Source of the DNA: Balanoglossus misakiensis
Lineage: Eukaryota; Animalia; Hemichordata
Direction: 5' to 3'
Assembly (NCBI GenBank): GCA_040954595.2
Contig: CM082586.2
Location: 1,245,124 to 1,309,123 of the forward strand
DNA length: 64,000 nt
The notes under the pieces are model-generated. The model was not told where the DNA came from, made no database searches, and was given only the letters and a program-made list of their open reading frames with translations. Position numbers and translations under genes: made by a program. This document shows positions 1 through 14,936 of the stretch, piece by piece; positions within the stretch are counted from its first letter, which is position 1, and each line of letters starts with the position of its first letter.

Positions 1-3000
1 AAAGATACTGGGTGGGTATATAATGATATGCAAGATCAAATTAACACATGCTAAATATATTATAGGTTAATTACACTGCATACTGGTTGCATTTACATAT
101 TTTGGGTGTTATGCTATATGCATCTCTCTCATATCACGAAGTATACTGGAATTCCAACTTCAGTTATTGGAAGCTTAAAAGAACGAACAACCCCAACGTC
201 ATTTAATCTAAAACTTCATTTCAGATGAAGCCACAAAAAAATTCATCTTGATCATCCTCAGTCCTGTTTACATCAGATTTTTCTCTGTGACATTCCTCTG
301 ACAGAAAGAAAAAAATTGACATCAACGAACAGAAAACACACAAACTAATCAATTATTTCATGTTATGTCACTGAATCCAAGTGATGGATGTTCTTTGTGG
401 CAATTGGATATTGCATTTCCTCCAAACCACTGGCCTGTGCCCACGTGAGCCTTGCTATAATATAGCATAGTTGTTCAGGACCCCCAATTTTACTCTTGAC
501 GTCATTTCCTGATGTTGCAAATGAATTGGGCAGGTGCTCCGACTGATCTCATTGAGGAAATGCAGTCCTGAGGACATGAATGGCGTAATCTTACTCTTCT
601 AGTTTTACCGAGACATAACTACCGACGATTTATAATCACGCTCATCATCAAAAGTCAGGAGCCGAGTTCAGCCATGAGTTTCATACTCATTTTAGTTAAC
701 TTAAAATTTATGTTGTCTGCAATCACATTATGCCAGAGTAGAACTACTGGGTTTCACATCATGATCAAGTTAAAACTCAAAGCATAACTCAACAGAGTAG
801 GATAACAGGTTTTTTATCTGCAAACAGTGATTTAAAAAACATGATCATAACAGCATTAAAACCTAACTTTTCAGAGATACATTTGATGAAAAACTAGAAT
901 CAAGGTTGTGATATCATGGCTTCCTGTTTTTGCACTCGAATTCCATTTCTGAAGTTGACATTGAGATTTTTGTATAATTGCATTCTGTAGTACACTGCAG
1001 CTGAAGCTTGTTAAATGCTGGGTGTTCAGATGTCTATACGATCAATGCCCGAGGTCTTTAACACTGAGAACGTCCATTCATAGCAATTACAGAAGGATCC
1101 TACAACACCGCACACATTTCCTGTTTTTTAGAAGTTTGGACTCCAACATTTTTTTATTGAAGAAGTAATTAGTTTGATGTTTTTTCCTGCAGCAATAGAG
1201 TTGCCAGCTAGTGCTGGGGCAACCGTACTGAGCCATTTCAATATGAGACTCAAGGCAGAGTTCATATACATCTGGGTCTACAACAAAGATGCAGTTCATG
1301 AAATCTGGGTTGCAAAAGTATGAAATTGCAAAATCACAAATGTAGTCGAGTATGACTATCTCTGATGAAGATCTGATGCTCAAAGTATCTACTTAAATGT
1401 AATGGGGGATTTATACAATCTCTTTATTCTATCAAAGAAATTATTGGAGCACTTAGATTTATTGAAAGTTGTCTCTTAACAAGCAGTGTATATACCAGAG
1501 GACGGTTGGGAATAATAAAAATGATTTCTCCACAACATTACATATACTTATACATATAATACTCTATGCATGCTGCTCACACAAAAAACATAGAACTTAG
1601 ACTGCTCTTTGGTTGTTGGTAATGCTGTTTGTTGGTGCGAACACATGTCATATGCTCACAACCATGACTTTGTTAATGGAAGCACTAACTGCAAGCTTTA
1701 ATTGCATTTCCTTAGATATTGCACGACACAGAGAGAATGGACGGCTACAAAATAATCCATCATTGCTGAGAGACGCTTGAAAATTCACACATCCGTGACC
1801 GATTAGAAATTGGATCACACCGCTGATTTCTCTGGCGTTGTTGTTTTTTCTTTTGGAATTACGATTATTGACACATGAAAGTGTGTTAACAGCGCGATGA
1901 TTCCAAGAAACAGCGATGCATTGATAGTGTCCATCTGATAATCATCGGAAGCTCGCGTTTCATCAATGTTCACATCTGCAACGCGGGTTCTATGAATTCC
2001 TACTCGAGTTGTAAAGGCTTTCGTGGAAAGAAACCTTGGTTTATCCGAATGGAGGAAATTAGTTTCCAATTAAACCAACCTGTTGTTAGTGACCATTCAA
2101 CCTCTAACTAATAGTCGTATTGTACTGCAATTCAGAACACAGCTGGCACGTAATGCAGTGTATGCAGGATTATATGCATCACACGTTTCCAATTTCAGCA
2201 TGGTTTTTCAGTATTCAAAATGTCATTTACTTTTTAAGAATAAACAACAGACTAGATACCAGGATGTAGAAATCATTTCACTGTAAAACAATGAAAATAA
2301 TCCAATCGTTGGAAAGGACGAAGTTGAGGACAAGTAAACAAAAATGATGAAAACATATGTACCAAGAACTGTTTGTTTCCTTTGTGTGAAAGCAGAGTTC
2401 CATGAAACCACTTGATAGACAAGGGTGTGGACAGGATCAATGAAAGGAACAGATTAACAACATGTATCAACAGTAACCAGAAATGTTTGAACAGGCAATG
2501 TGGCTGACCTTGTGCAAGGTTACAGGAAGGTTTGACTGTTTGCTAGAGACAAAGGTGCACAGACAATGGATTTTGTCAATTGCTGGTGACATGATGTACA
2601 GTACATGTACCATCTGAAGGTATCTGGCTAGTCTTGTACCATCTGAAGGGGGCTGTATTTGTTTTTGTCTGCCTGGAAGGGTTGACGCCCTTTCATTGCA
2701 CATATGGTACTGAGCATTGACACCAGGCATACATCCAAACAACGAGAAGAGCTGAATTGGTACTTATGGCAGTACATGTATGTGGTAAAATGCTAAAATG
2801 CAATTAATTTGTAGAGTCTAACTTTTTCTGTGATGGAATTTAGCTATAATGATGTGGATATCCATTTAACCATTTACTTGTCCACTGATTTATCAACTCT
2901 GTGTTGACACTTTACACCATCAACCATCCGGACAGGATCCCAGTACCAGGATATGACCCGAACATATGCTACATGTACATTACGTATGATGCCAAATTAA

Positions 3001-6000
3001 GTCCAGTGAGTCTGCGTCAGGTCCTTCAACCGAGTACGTCATTACACATAGTGGTAAACAAATCTAAATGTGCCAAAAGTAGGTGCTAATTTGCGTGGAT
3101 ACGCACGCACTTCAAATAGTATCAAATTAAAAATAACCAATATCTGTGATGTCTTAATGCTCATTAGTCAACATGAATTCTACACAATGGTAGATTTAAT
3201 ATCTGTATTCTTTATTTTCTGTCAATTTTTTCAGTGTGTTCATTAATTGAATTAAATTAGCCATCGTGGGGGAAAAATCACCCCAGAGAAGTGAAAACAA
3301 GTCAGATATAAACTGACAGCATGCCAACAATGCACGCATCATATTATTTTTGTTTTTGTTGAAGATGACAAAAATAGTTCACATGTAAAAGGCCAGCACG
3401 ATTTGTACGCAGATTGACCATGCTGAGTCATTATTATAGTTAATAAAGCCTGCGTTTTCACTTGTTGTTGTTGCGCCGTTTCAAATTTTCAACAGAAGGA
3501 CAGCTATTTCTAGGACATTAGTAATCATGTTTTCAATTACGAAGTCACGAAGTACTAGTGTATCATGTTATTTTGTATTCTACACAGATATTTGGATACA
3601 TGTAGTTTTAATTGAAAGTTATGTGGCCAGTTTCTGCAAACAAATGGTAATGTGTTTTTCCTCACCTCACTTCCTTGTCTGTTTCTCACAACTTTGATAC
3701 CAATATCACTTAAATAACTATTGGAAAGGACAGCCCTACACGAAGACCAGACAATATCGGAACTCAAATGAATTAAGGGTGACTGACCAGACGATTAGAA
3801 ATATAATATTGTCATTGATATGCAAACAACATACACACATAATGAGGGGATAATTTCAAACGTGCATATTTATCTGTATTGTGCCAACTGGGGTTAATGA
3901 CCCTCATCCAAACGTGTATAGCCAACTATGGGATAATAAGGTGCTGATTATGGCTTGTAACATGGCCAATGTAGAGATGTAATGATGAACATGTACATTC
4001 TTTCGTGTGTACAATTTGTGTGGACAAATAACTGCACTGAACAGCTCTACTCCAGATTTCAACATCAACAAAGAGAAGAGTCTGAATGAACAAAAGATAA
4101 AACACAGATTCTGTTGAAATGCTTCTGGTTAAAGCTTAGAGAAGTCACTTTAAAAACTTAACAATAATAGGACCTCAACTGCAATAAGTTGAGGTGAGAT
4201 CAAGGTAACAGTATATCATAAACTCTGCACATGACGTAAAACTGAAGTTTTAAGGATTCTCATTCATTCATATGCAGGAAATTGCCCGACAAAATTCTGC
4301 AGAATCAGGGAACAAGATACTTGCACTGCAGAAAAATAACAGCGAACACTAGTATTACAAGTGAATTGGCTTTTCTGTTGCAAATTTGAGTCGACGCAAT
4401 ACATTACGTTATGACGCCATGCAGTGATATAAACGAGCTGTTGCCCTTAGTCCATTTGAACAGTGTCAACGAATTTGGAACACAACCTGAAAAACATGAC
4501 ATTTCTACAACGCAAAACGTCAACCTCGGTGAATCTCTCCCTTTCGCAGTGTTCCGACTTCGAAGGCCAGTCGAATTATGCCCACAGGTTCAAAAATTGA
4601 TGTTTACTCTCATCACTTTGGGGTAAAACTGAAAAAATAACAGTGCTGCACCAACCAACTTCTACCAAAATCATAAGTATTTTTCTATTGCAATTACCTC
4701 AACATTTGTGAATGTTTTTAACCTTCAAATGCTGATAATTTGCAGTGATGAGGACATGTGCCATCTACACCTGTAAGGCCGTGTTTGTATATTTCCCCTC
4801 CTTAGTCATGCAATGTTAACAAACACATATTGTTGGGAGTGACTGTCAATGACAATGGTACACAAAATTTCTGCCTGTCGACATTGAATTCATTCCCAAT
4901 GAATGAAAAAGAGACTCTTATGAAACAACACAGAATTGATTCATCAAGCCATCCGCGGCCGTGCAATGATGACAGAAAAGTCCCAACTATTTATAAAATA
5001 AAATGATTATGCATTAGTTCACATGTACTGGGTCTCCAGAGAGTCGGGTCAATCACCTCAATAGAATAAAGTGCTCAGGACAAACTCTTAAGATGTGTTG
5101 TTCCGTCCTCTTCAAATGTCAAGACGAACGTCAATATCCGCTTGAACTCATTATTATTTTATGTGTTGCATTTCACAACAAAAGGTGTGAACACAGAAGG
5201 GAGTTATGACTCATATTTCCATTGAGACCACCTCCGGATTACAAAATTTGATTTCTTTACAATATTGTCATTTCTTCGTTTATGCTTTTGATGTGAATGA
5301 GGGTCTCGAATTTTAATTCTTTTAGAAAAGACTTTAATGGGCCACAGCAAAATGCTATCTCTCATAACTCTTACTTCTATGTTTGGGCATACTCTGACAA
5401 AAAGCCTTTAATGTCAAGTCAGGTCACTCAGATACATGTACACATGCACAGGAATTTTCCCTCTTTGTGATCTAATCCAATTGTAATCCTTGTCAGGAGT
5501 ATTTCCTGTACAACCTTTGAGACCACTGACTTTTACACGACAGGCGAACAGGAAATGTGGCGAACATCGATTCTGTTCACGTGGCAACTCTCATCCCTTA
5601 AGCTATCAATTTGTTCAAATTCAATAAATTTGTCCCAATTATGGCTTCCGGCTCACTTCCATCAATACACATTTGCTCAGCATGAAATCAACGTCTTTGC
5701 GGATACAAGGAGAAAAGGCTGAGAGTGTCAAGATATATCACGTTTATTGGATAATCCAGAACTGACGGATAGTCAGAATTTCCTGTGTGCATCACGTGGA
5801 ACGGTCCTACACTCAGTTTTATATGTTAACCGGTTCTGCTCTGTGTACCAACTACAGATTAATCTTCTAATTTAAACACGTCGAAACACTCAGAATTTGG
5901 CTTGTCAGTGTAAACATATAACACACATCATAAATGTTATTGGTAACAGAGCAAAAACACTAGTCTAGACCTCGATGCTACTGCAAAACCTCGCACAAGC

Positions 6001-9000
6001 TCTTATCAGTGTTCAAGATCTGTCTGTCTCCTTAATGTTAGATCTGAATTACCCAGACTGCTACTAGTAATTTACGATAGCGTATCTGATAATCGGGAAA
6101 AATTTGCGGCATATAACGTGGCTCTGGGTGGCATCCGATATTGGATAATTGCTAGTTGCATGACTTCCTGTGTTGATCGCTTGAATGCTACTGTCGTGAT
6201 GATGATGTGGTCTTCAGGAATATACAAGAAGGTTACAGAGAGACCATTGATATGGACAAATATGTACCTTTCCAAAAGTATGCTGAATAAAATGTATATT
6301 TTCCCAATTAATTTCCTACACACATGCCATTACTGCTAACCTTAATTGAATTTTTCAAACAAAAATTTGGGGAATACTTCCTTCAATTCTTGCACGAAGC
6401 CAATTGGCCATCAACAATTAATAAGAGGGCACAATTTCTCTCATCAAACAGACAAAATTCCTCTGTCAAAGCACTGAAGTTCTGAACAGGAAATTGTCAA
6501 AGATAAAATATTTGAAAGCAATGCCATGTTATCTCTCATGAACACAAATATAATCAGACCAGACATCTAACCAAGAATGAACAAAAAATGCAGACTGAAT
6601 TAAGTCGTGAGATTTTTAAGCCTGGTGGATTTCACAATCAGTCTGGTGGCACAAATTATGCTGAGTGACCTCTTAGGGCAGCTGATCAGTATCGGAAAAC
6701 AAGAAGTCACTTTTATGTGGGCAAGGCAACTCAACTGGCAAAACTAACATCGCAAACGTACTGGTACACAGCCGACAATAAAGTCACTAACTTACATACA
6801 TCTACGTCTACACAATTACACCATGACGTAGTTCCATCCATCATTTTCACAAATGACAATGACCTGTCCTGTCCAGTGATGTCACAATACTGGGCTATTA
6901 ACATGCGCTAACATCATGTGCGACGCAAATGTCGTTCCCGAAGCTCCCATACATAAGGGATGACGTCAGCTCTCATCTTTGTCATACTAATGATGTTGCC
7001 AATTATGTTAATAAAGTTGCAAATTGAATAATGCTAATTAGCTGTTGACAAATATAGACATCACTGTAATATTAAATGCTTCAAACTGATTACATAATCT
7101 TATAAAGATATTTATTATCAATTCATAATAGTAGAGAGTCAACATGTTAACAGGTGTATATGACTAAACCCTTGTTTTGTGTGCATATAACACTATTTCA
7201 TGAAGATCTTCTTGTATATGTCTGAAAAAGCAACCCATGATACTGGTTGTTAACCAAACAATAATGGCTCGCAACATGATGAGGGGGAATACACTTTAAT
7301 TGCCAGCTACCATCTGACAAGACTTAAGTGCCCTTAAATGTCACCATCATTTGCTGCGCAGTCCGCTGATAACAGTCTCGCAAATGGAACAGTAGGCTCG
7401 CTGACTGGAAAATGGCTTGCATTCACCGGTACATGAGTGACATTTATCCAGATGGCACAGGATAAAGCAAAAAACAAACATGCCAGTAACAGCATAGGTA
7501 TCCTGCCCACCTGAAGGGTAAGGATGTACCGCTCACTAAGAGAATATCAAATTTGTCTCTTCCCATGACATTCAGAATTCCTGGAAAACCCTGCTTCTGC
7601 TTTAATCAATATAATTTTCATGCAATTTCGCAAAAAGGTCAGTCAAAAGAAATTAAATTCACAGAGCATGGTGACCAGTAGATTTTATAAAGAAGAATCC
7701 ATACAATTAAGAGAAATGACAGAACTTTCAAAGGCTATGACAGTACATCCGTAACACTCACAGGACCCGTATCCCAAACATACACAATATGGCAAATACG
7801 AAAGTTTTTCGACTGCGAGGACATGTTCCAACAAAAAGAAATTTGACTTGAAGACTCCATTCCCACGTTGTCAATCTAACATTACCCCTTTTCACAATGG
7901 CATTCTCACTGGGATGAGAAAATTCCAAAGATTCAACTCCCTCTGGGGAGACATATGAATATCATGCCAACAAAAATTAATAACGTGGACAGGAATGTGT
8001 GTCACATATACCATATAATCACAAAGGAGTATAATTTCCGTTATGTCCTTCAAAGAACACCGATCATCTGAGCAATTTCTCTCAAAATGAAGTGGATTAC
8101 TAGTGTCTAATTGGTGCACATCAATGGATACATCAATTAAATGCTGCTCAGTTATCTCATCTAACTGAAGACACTATGACCCCGACCTTTCTAGCAAGAA
8201 TTTGTATCCTGAATCAACAAAGGGGGCCAGACTTCTGCTAATAATTCTCTTCCTATCGCAAGTCACGATGTCGGCATTTCTAACAGGTTCAAATATGCAA
8301 ATGAAGCAAACTATCCTCATGCCGATTCACTCTACTGTCACGACAACACACCGATCCATCTCAGGTGACACATATAAGTGCTTTTTTTTCTGTTGATTAG
8401 ACTTTTGATTTTGGCAAATCTTGATGTGGGCGGCAAAATTAACAAGGAGTGGGGAAGGTGGGAGAGTTTTACTTTAGGGGAAAACTGCTGGTGATTTTCC
8501 CCCCAACTACCTGTTCTTATTTATACCCCTTGATGAGGGATTTTTTTTAGCATGAGAGAGGTTGGTTCACATTAACATCCACACATGTTAGTGGCATGTG
8601 TTCTGATTTCTGCAAAAAACACAGACAACAGACTGGGAAAATACCAGATAATCTGGATTTTGATAAAAGTCAGTACAATGGTGAAGTGGTATCACCTAAA
8701 AAAATGTACACCGACAAGTTAACATGCCTCCAAGCAATGCTGACAAACTCAGACATATGCGTCACACACAGCTTGCAGTGTTTCTCTGGGGACACAGGAT
8801 TATAAAACGTTTATTGCATGTGAGCTATCAGAGCCACAGAACTCAAATCACATGTGGTAAAATGTGATCAAGGCTCTCTGAGCCAGACATTATGAGCTGC
8901 ATGTACCACACGTCAGATCTGGTATACTTCTAGCACCCATCACAAATGGGCACCAATTAACCATTCTGCGGTACAGACTCTGCAACAGTAACTTAAACAT

Positions 9001-9623
9001 AATCCCTGGCTTGGTGTGGCGCAAACACAAACAAACATGATGTTACATTGAAACATACAACATTTTACTTTCTTATAATCATGTAACTATGGTGCACTAG
9101 CTAACTTTAGTTTTCTGGGTTGGAACTTCGTGCATGTGCCAGTCATCTCCCAGCGTACTCAACAGAGGGCAGTCGTGTATGTTATTCATAACAACTTCTG
9201 TATGTACTTCTGTCAGTAATGCATCAGGTCGTTTAAATTTGACAAATGGATCCAAAGGTTGTTAAGAGAGTCTTCGGCTAATGAGTGTTCTCCTTCCCAG
9301 CTAGCATGATGTTCTTCCTTCAAGAAAACATGGCTTCTCAAATCATGCAACTGATCTCAAGAAATCATTCATCAAAGTATGCACACACGACACAAGTACA
9401 CTTTCTTGCTCAGTTAACGATCACTTTTCGTACAGGGACAGACAGCCATCTGGTGTCACACATCATCCCAAACATTTGCATGACAGTCATACACATATCA
9501 CTCACACCAGCAGATTAATAGTCCATTCCTCCCAAAGTCCTGCGAATCACGATGAGGCCAGATGGTGCAAATGGATCAGAAGTGTCATCCTGCCCGGAAG
9601 GTAGATGGAACATAATTTCCTAC

Positions 9624-9867
9624 CTGTGACGACTCCTATCCCATCATCATAGTCCAGGTCTGACTGTTCGCTATCACTGATGTGGTTCCCTGATATCTGC
9701 CCTCTTTGTGCACTCTTCATGTCCCCATCTCGGTGGGATTTCTTGGACCGTCTGTTCACTTTGGGGGAGCCCCCAGTCACCGGCATGTTCTTCTTGTCAC
9801 GGTTGTTGCTCAGGATATACCAATGGGGCTCATCATCTAACGGAGCACGATCTAAATCTACCAGAAC
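9624..9867 (-). CDS. RIMS1/2: RIM exon 11: end of C2A (VLVDLDRAPLDDEPHWYIL) and SDSEQSDLDYDDGIGVVT
   Basis: Acceptor TTTGCAG, donor CAG|GTAGGA; phase 0 to 1. LDDEPHWY and SD.DYDDGIGVV are RIM motifs. Confidence 0.93.
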
Positions 9868-12800
9868 CTGCAAATCAAAACAGTTACTTGATCGTTAAAA
9901 TAGGCAAGAGGTGTTACATTTCGTTACACATGAATTAATAAAAGGGCTGCATACTTCTTACCTTTAACTACATTTGATAATCACTTTAGACACCATGACA
10001 ACAAATACCAGAATTAATATTCTTTAACTCCAGCACGTTAAACTAAAGCCAATCAGCGAAATATATTTTGCTGATTATATCATAAATCAGAATAAAATGA
10101 TAAATTAATCACATCACTAAAATGATTACTTTGGTGCCCTTAGGAAACTTATTCATGAGTTTTGAAATCTTTATATACATCAAAGACAACTTTTTGACAC
10201 TGTGTTCATTACATTATTAAGATATGAAAAAATTTAAGAGCAAATGCCCTGTAGACATTAAACGACTTAATATATTTTGTACTTCAAAGCTAGAGCAATG
10301 TACTGGAATGACCCAATCAGGAATATAAGTTCACAATCAAAATATTTGAGGTCACATCAGACGGAAAAATACACAATGCAGTCAATAGTCTAATTCATGA
10401 AATTAGGACATATCATTCTCAAAGCTTATAATACAAGGTCAGTTATTACAATGTCATGCCATGTTTGCCTACAAAAGGGATCCCCGTGAAAATAACTTGA
10501 TGTACCATATAACAGAGAAGTAAGCATCACTTAAAAATCAGGTTATGAATCCAATACTTTGATTATGATAGTATAAATTGCAAAACCATTATTTATTTCT
10601 CTCTCATACAGTTTTAATACTGATCATGCACAATTTACAGATTTGGAACGATTTTCCTAAATCCTACATTTTAAAAATGCATCCAGCTGAATACTGATGA
10701 ACTACAAATCCCCTGTCCCCATCTCCACACTCATACCGCTGCAAGCCTAGAGGCATCTATGTATCGGCTACACAAAGCCCGACAAGCTAGACGCGAGTCA
10801 GAACCTTAAGATTGTCAATAATAGAAAAGTACTGAAAAAAACATGATCTTCTCATCACTGAGTCAGCCTGTCTGGATGTTGGGCTGAACCATGTAGGAGT
10901 TGAAATCAAAGTGTGCACTGATGGATGTCCAACATGGCAGGAAAAAGAGCACTATAATTACAAATGAACAAACTTCAAATGTGAATATTCCGTGAAATCT
11001 ATCTGTTACAATATGACCCTACTGTACTATTTGACAGGTGTGGTTCATGTAAATTAAGTCAAAATATGTGCCTGAGAAGACTCAAACACCAACATTATAG
11101 GGACACTGAGACAAAATTCCAGCTTATGGAACGTTATACTGCTGTACACTATAAGAACTTAGCCCTTGAACTGAAAATTTACAGTAAATGTAAAGGAAAA
11201 TACCTTTTGACTCGCCACATACGAGCACGGACAAATGTTATACTTAGCCATAATGACACATTTGCATGTCCTTAAAATATCTGTCACATGTCTGTTTCAA
11301 TTGACTGATGGTAATGATCAGACCCAAAGGCCTGTTATTATAACATATTGCAATTGAGACCAACATCATAAAATGATATCACACATATAAAAAGATCAGC
11401 TGTCAAACACAGAAACAGGTCCATTTTTTAAATTCGCATCAGTGCAAGCAAATAAAGTATTTTTTGGGTCATGCCGATGGTGACATTTTTATGGCATTTT
11501 GATGTACAGAACATTAGCAAATGACAGCTTCTATAATACAAACTCATCCCATCTGTCCCCTGATATTTTGCATACAGTGAAGCCTTGTCACACACAAATA
11601 ACAACTGTACAATGTATTTGCATATAGACAACATGTCACACAAACATTCATTTGTTTAATCAGTTTTCCATGAACAAAAACTAGAGCTAGTACACCCCAC
11701 TCCAAAAAGAAATTCAATAATTCCAAGGCTGTCATAACAAAGCTCTCCTATTTTGAGCCAAAGCTGACCTTTACCAGGTGAATCCAATACCACATTGTGC
11801 ACTTTAGACAAGAAAAACATCCCCGAAATTATTGAACACCACATGCAGGGTTGCTGGAAATGGCAACACGACTGACATTTGTGTCTGAAAACCCTTGCAG
11901 CATTGAATGATTGGAAATTTCTGCCGCCCAACGGACATCAATAAATACTGCAACTCCTCAACTCCAACTAGGAAGCAACCCCCAAATCAGCCCTGGAGAA
12001 AGATCAATAGTGCAGGTCCTGTGTTTCCCATGATGCACTTGCCGTCCAATAATCTTGCATGATACACTTTGAAAAGATTTGCAGCAAATAACATTTGCAT
12101 CTGCTCCAAAATATGAATTTGTACATAAAGGAGATCTGACAAAGAAAGTACTTAGAGAATAATGATGAAGCTAGGTGCGTTCAAGGTAAAATCAATGCAT
12201 CTGAATCGATGGACAAATCAGCGTGCAACCTCTGCACTTTCACTTAAAGTCATTACACAACACACACACATATAATGTATGTTTTATATTTAGAACTCAG
12301 ACAGTAGTGCCAACAGACAAATATCTGACATCCATCCATCAGAATTGATTTTCACCAGGTGTCCCTAGCTGAAAAATCAATCCCTAACCTGGAGAGAAAC
12401 ACAATCAGCTATTCCGAGTTGCAAAACAAGATCTAGACAGAACACAAAACAAATCCAAAATAACACAACATTGATCTATTTTTGTCAACTGGGGCAGTGA
12501 CACTCTCCAAGCTGATCACTACTAATAAAACACAACAGATGTAATTGAAATGCCAATAAAATCGACATAACTTTTTCTCTTATACATATGACTGAATATC
12601 TTTGCCTTCATAAGGCATGATTATTAGTTTTATTGTCTTTTAAGAGAGAATTTGAAGAGCATATACTTATTACTATAATCTAAAGTTGCCTTGAGCAAAA
12701 TATGAGAAAATGTTTTGAGACTGATTTTTAAGGTACATATACCAACTTAAATGACAAACTTCGACAAGTCATGAAGGCTCATGTGGTATTTTGTTTTAAT

Positions 12801-14005
12801 AACAACATGATATGATGTGTTTGAGTGGGACAAAATGTCATGCATCAAAGCGATTGAGAGAGTACCTTTAGCATTGCACTGCGCAGGTACACCTATAAGC
12901 TCTGATCCTGACTTAATTAGCACGAGCACATATCAAGAACCAGACCCTTAGATTATCCAGCTAATCTTACAGACACTCGTGGTTTGCTTCCAGGAAAACA
13001 GCGGTGACTTGTTGATGAAAACATTCCTCTTCTATTGATCAAGCTTTGTGTCTGACGTATATGGAACCTACATGAAGCCTTATTAAAGCATGTTTTTCAC
13101 GGAGTTTAATTTTCCTGGTAACACAACCGTATAATACGCCTTCAACCGAGTGGATTAAGGAATTCAATTAATTACTGCGGTAGTTTCAGATTATAAACTG
13201 TCCTGCACAATTTACTGCACTTGTTGTTTTTCAGTGTCACTGCAATCTTCACAAATATCAGGATCAACATGTTTTAACCTTGACCTTAATCTTCTGCTAG
13301 GATATTTCTGTGATAACTTTTCAAGATTAATTGTGAACTATGGCTGTAAAGCCAAAACGATTTCCTTGCATCAGTTCAAGACACTTCTATGGAGACATTG
13401 CATTAGTCACCAGGTTAGGGTGATACACTGTAACCACTTGATGGAAGTACTGAACATTTGCAAATCAAGATGGCGACGTTAACGTTCCATTTCGACTGCA
13501 GTTTTCTGATATTTGCGCTTTTTAGTAGAACATGCCCCACTAGTCAAATATACAGGCAGGTGCCTGGGGATTTATGGCAAAACGTGAAGACAGTCTTCCA
13601 TGTTTAAAATTCATTTTAAATATCACGTAAATAATTGTATACCCACTTAAAGTTGTGGGAAGGAGTACAACCACCCACACACCCACTGCACCATCTGAAA
13701 TCAAAAACCATGATTTTGTGCCGTACGGTTGCTAGCACGCAGTAATTTTTTGATTCAACGATTTTGAATTTTTCCCAAACATGTTTATCCCACTGTGCTG
13801 ACAACTAAAAATTTCAAGAACTGTCTACATCAGCATACAGTACTTTTCGCGACATTCAGATGGTACATCTTCGGCCGGCCACACTGTATGTGCCTGGCGA
13901 TATAAAATCTGTTGACAGTATCATGTCTGTACTGTTGCCAAGGTTTTCAATGGAAGAATGCAGTAAGAAAACCTAAGAAAAAAATCTAGAAATGATTTCA
14001 CTCAC

Positions 14006-14050
14006 CAGCTTAGGAATAATGAAGATATGTTTGACTATTGTCACAGCCAT
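14006..14050 (-). CDS. Candidate internal first exon of a short RIM isoform (MAVTIVKHIFIIPKL), in frame with exon 11
   Basis: ATCATGG start context, CTG|GTGAGT donor, 45 nt, phase 0 matching exon 11. Confidence 0.4.
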
Positions 14051-14809
14051 GATGCTTTGTGGACAGAGTGAATAAAATGTCACCAGCTGAGCGGGGGAAA
14101 AAATAAAACCCCAAAAGCCTGTAGCGATGCCTCAATTAACCCAACCAGAGCAAGATTGGAAGATATGCCCGAGATGTTCCACAGCCACTCTTTCGAGCCC
14201 CCGTCAGTATCTCACGTGAGAAGTAAATGCAATTCCTTGAAAACACTCAAGAGGGCTTTTTTTCTCAGTAACTACAGCAACGCAATGCAGACCACCTTTA
14301 ACATCACAACATCTCAGACTCCAGGCACTTGAAAAGGAAAAAAAGCCTTAGCTTCTCTCTGTTCATGGGGAGATGCTATCTCTCAAACCGCTTTGCTTGA
14401 TCAATCATCTATGCGTCGCTTATACCCCAACCATCAGCCTTACAGCAACCAAGTTTGCAACCAATCAAACTCAAGAAATGCTGTACACTAGGATTTGTTG
14501 GCAACGCGCGGAATACTTTTTGTCATCTCCTAAAAATTGATTTTGTCGTGCACAGGATATCAGGGAATAAATCAATCACGACCGAGTCATCTTGTTTCAT
14601 GCTCTTCACTTATGCATGACAGTTTAACGATGCATGGCAAAAGAGACTTATACAAAAACCCACAGACGGAAAACAGACGCCAGATCGACAATACAAACAG
14701 ACAGGTCAACATCTGACTCATCCAACATAATCATTTTCTTTGAATTCTATAATGTGAAAAAAGATAAAAATTCACAATTGATGCGAATGGAGTAAGCAGA
14801 AAGGGGCAA

Positions 14810-14936
14810 ATCTCAACAGATATTAAAATATGTGCATAAATTATCATAATGTCTCAACATCAGCCAACCAGGCAAATTTTCATCTCAACAGATATCAATA
14901 TGAACATAAATTATCATAATGTCTCACAATGTCTCA
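14810..14936. repeat. Small imperfect direct duplication (about 46 bp)
   Basis: ATCTCAACAGATAT...CATAAATTATCATAATGTCTCA at 14810 and 14882. Confidence 0.75.

Noticed and set aside
1815-2069. 84-aa minus-strand ORF with a hydrophobic segment as RIM exon 12
   Set aside because: TTG start directly preceded by TAA, no phase-1 acceptor in that frame, and no RIM similarity.
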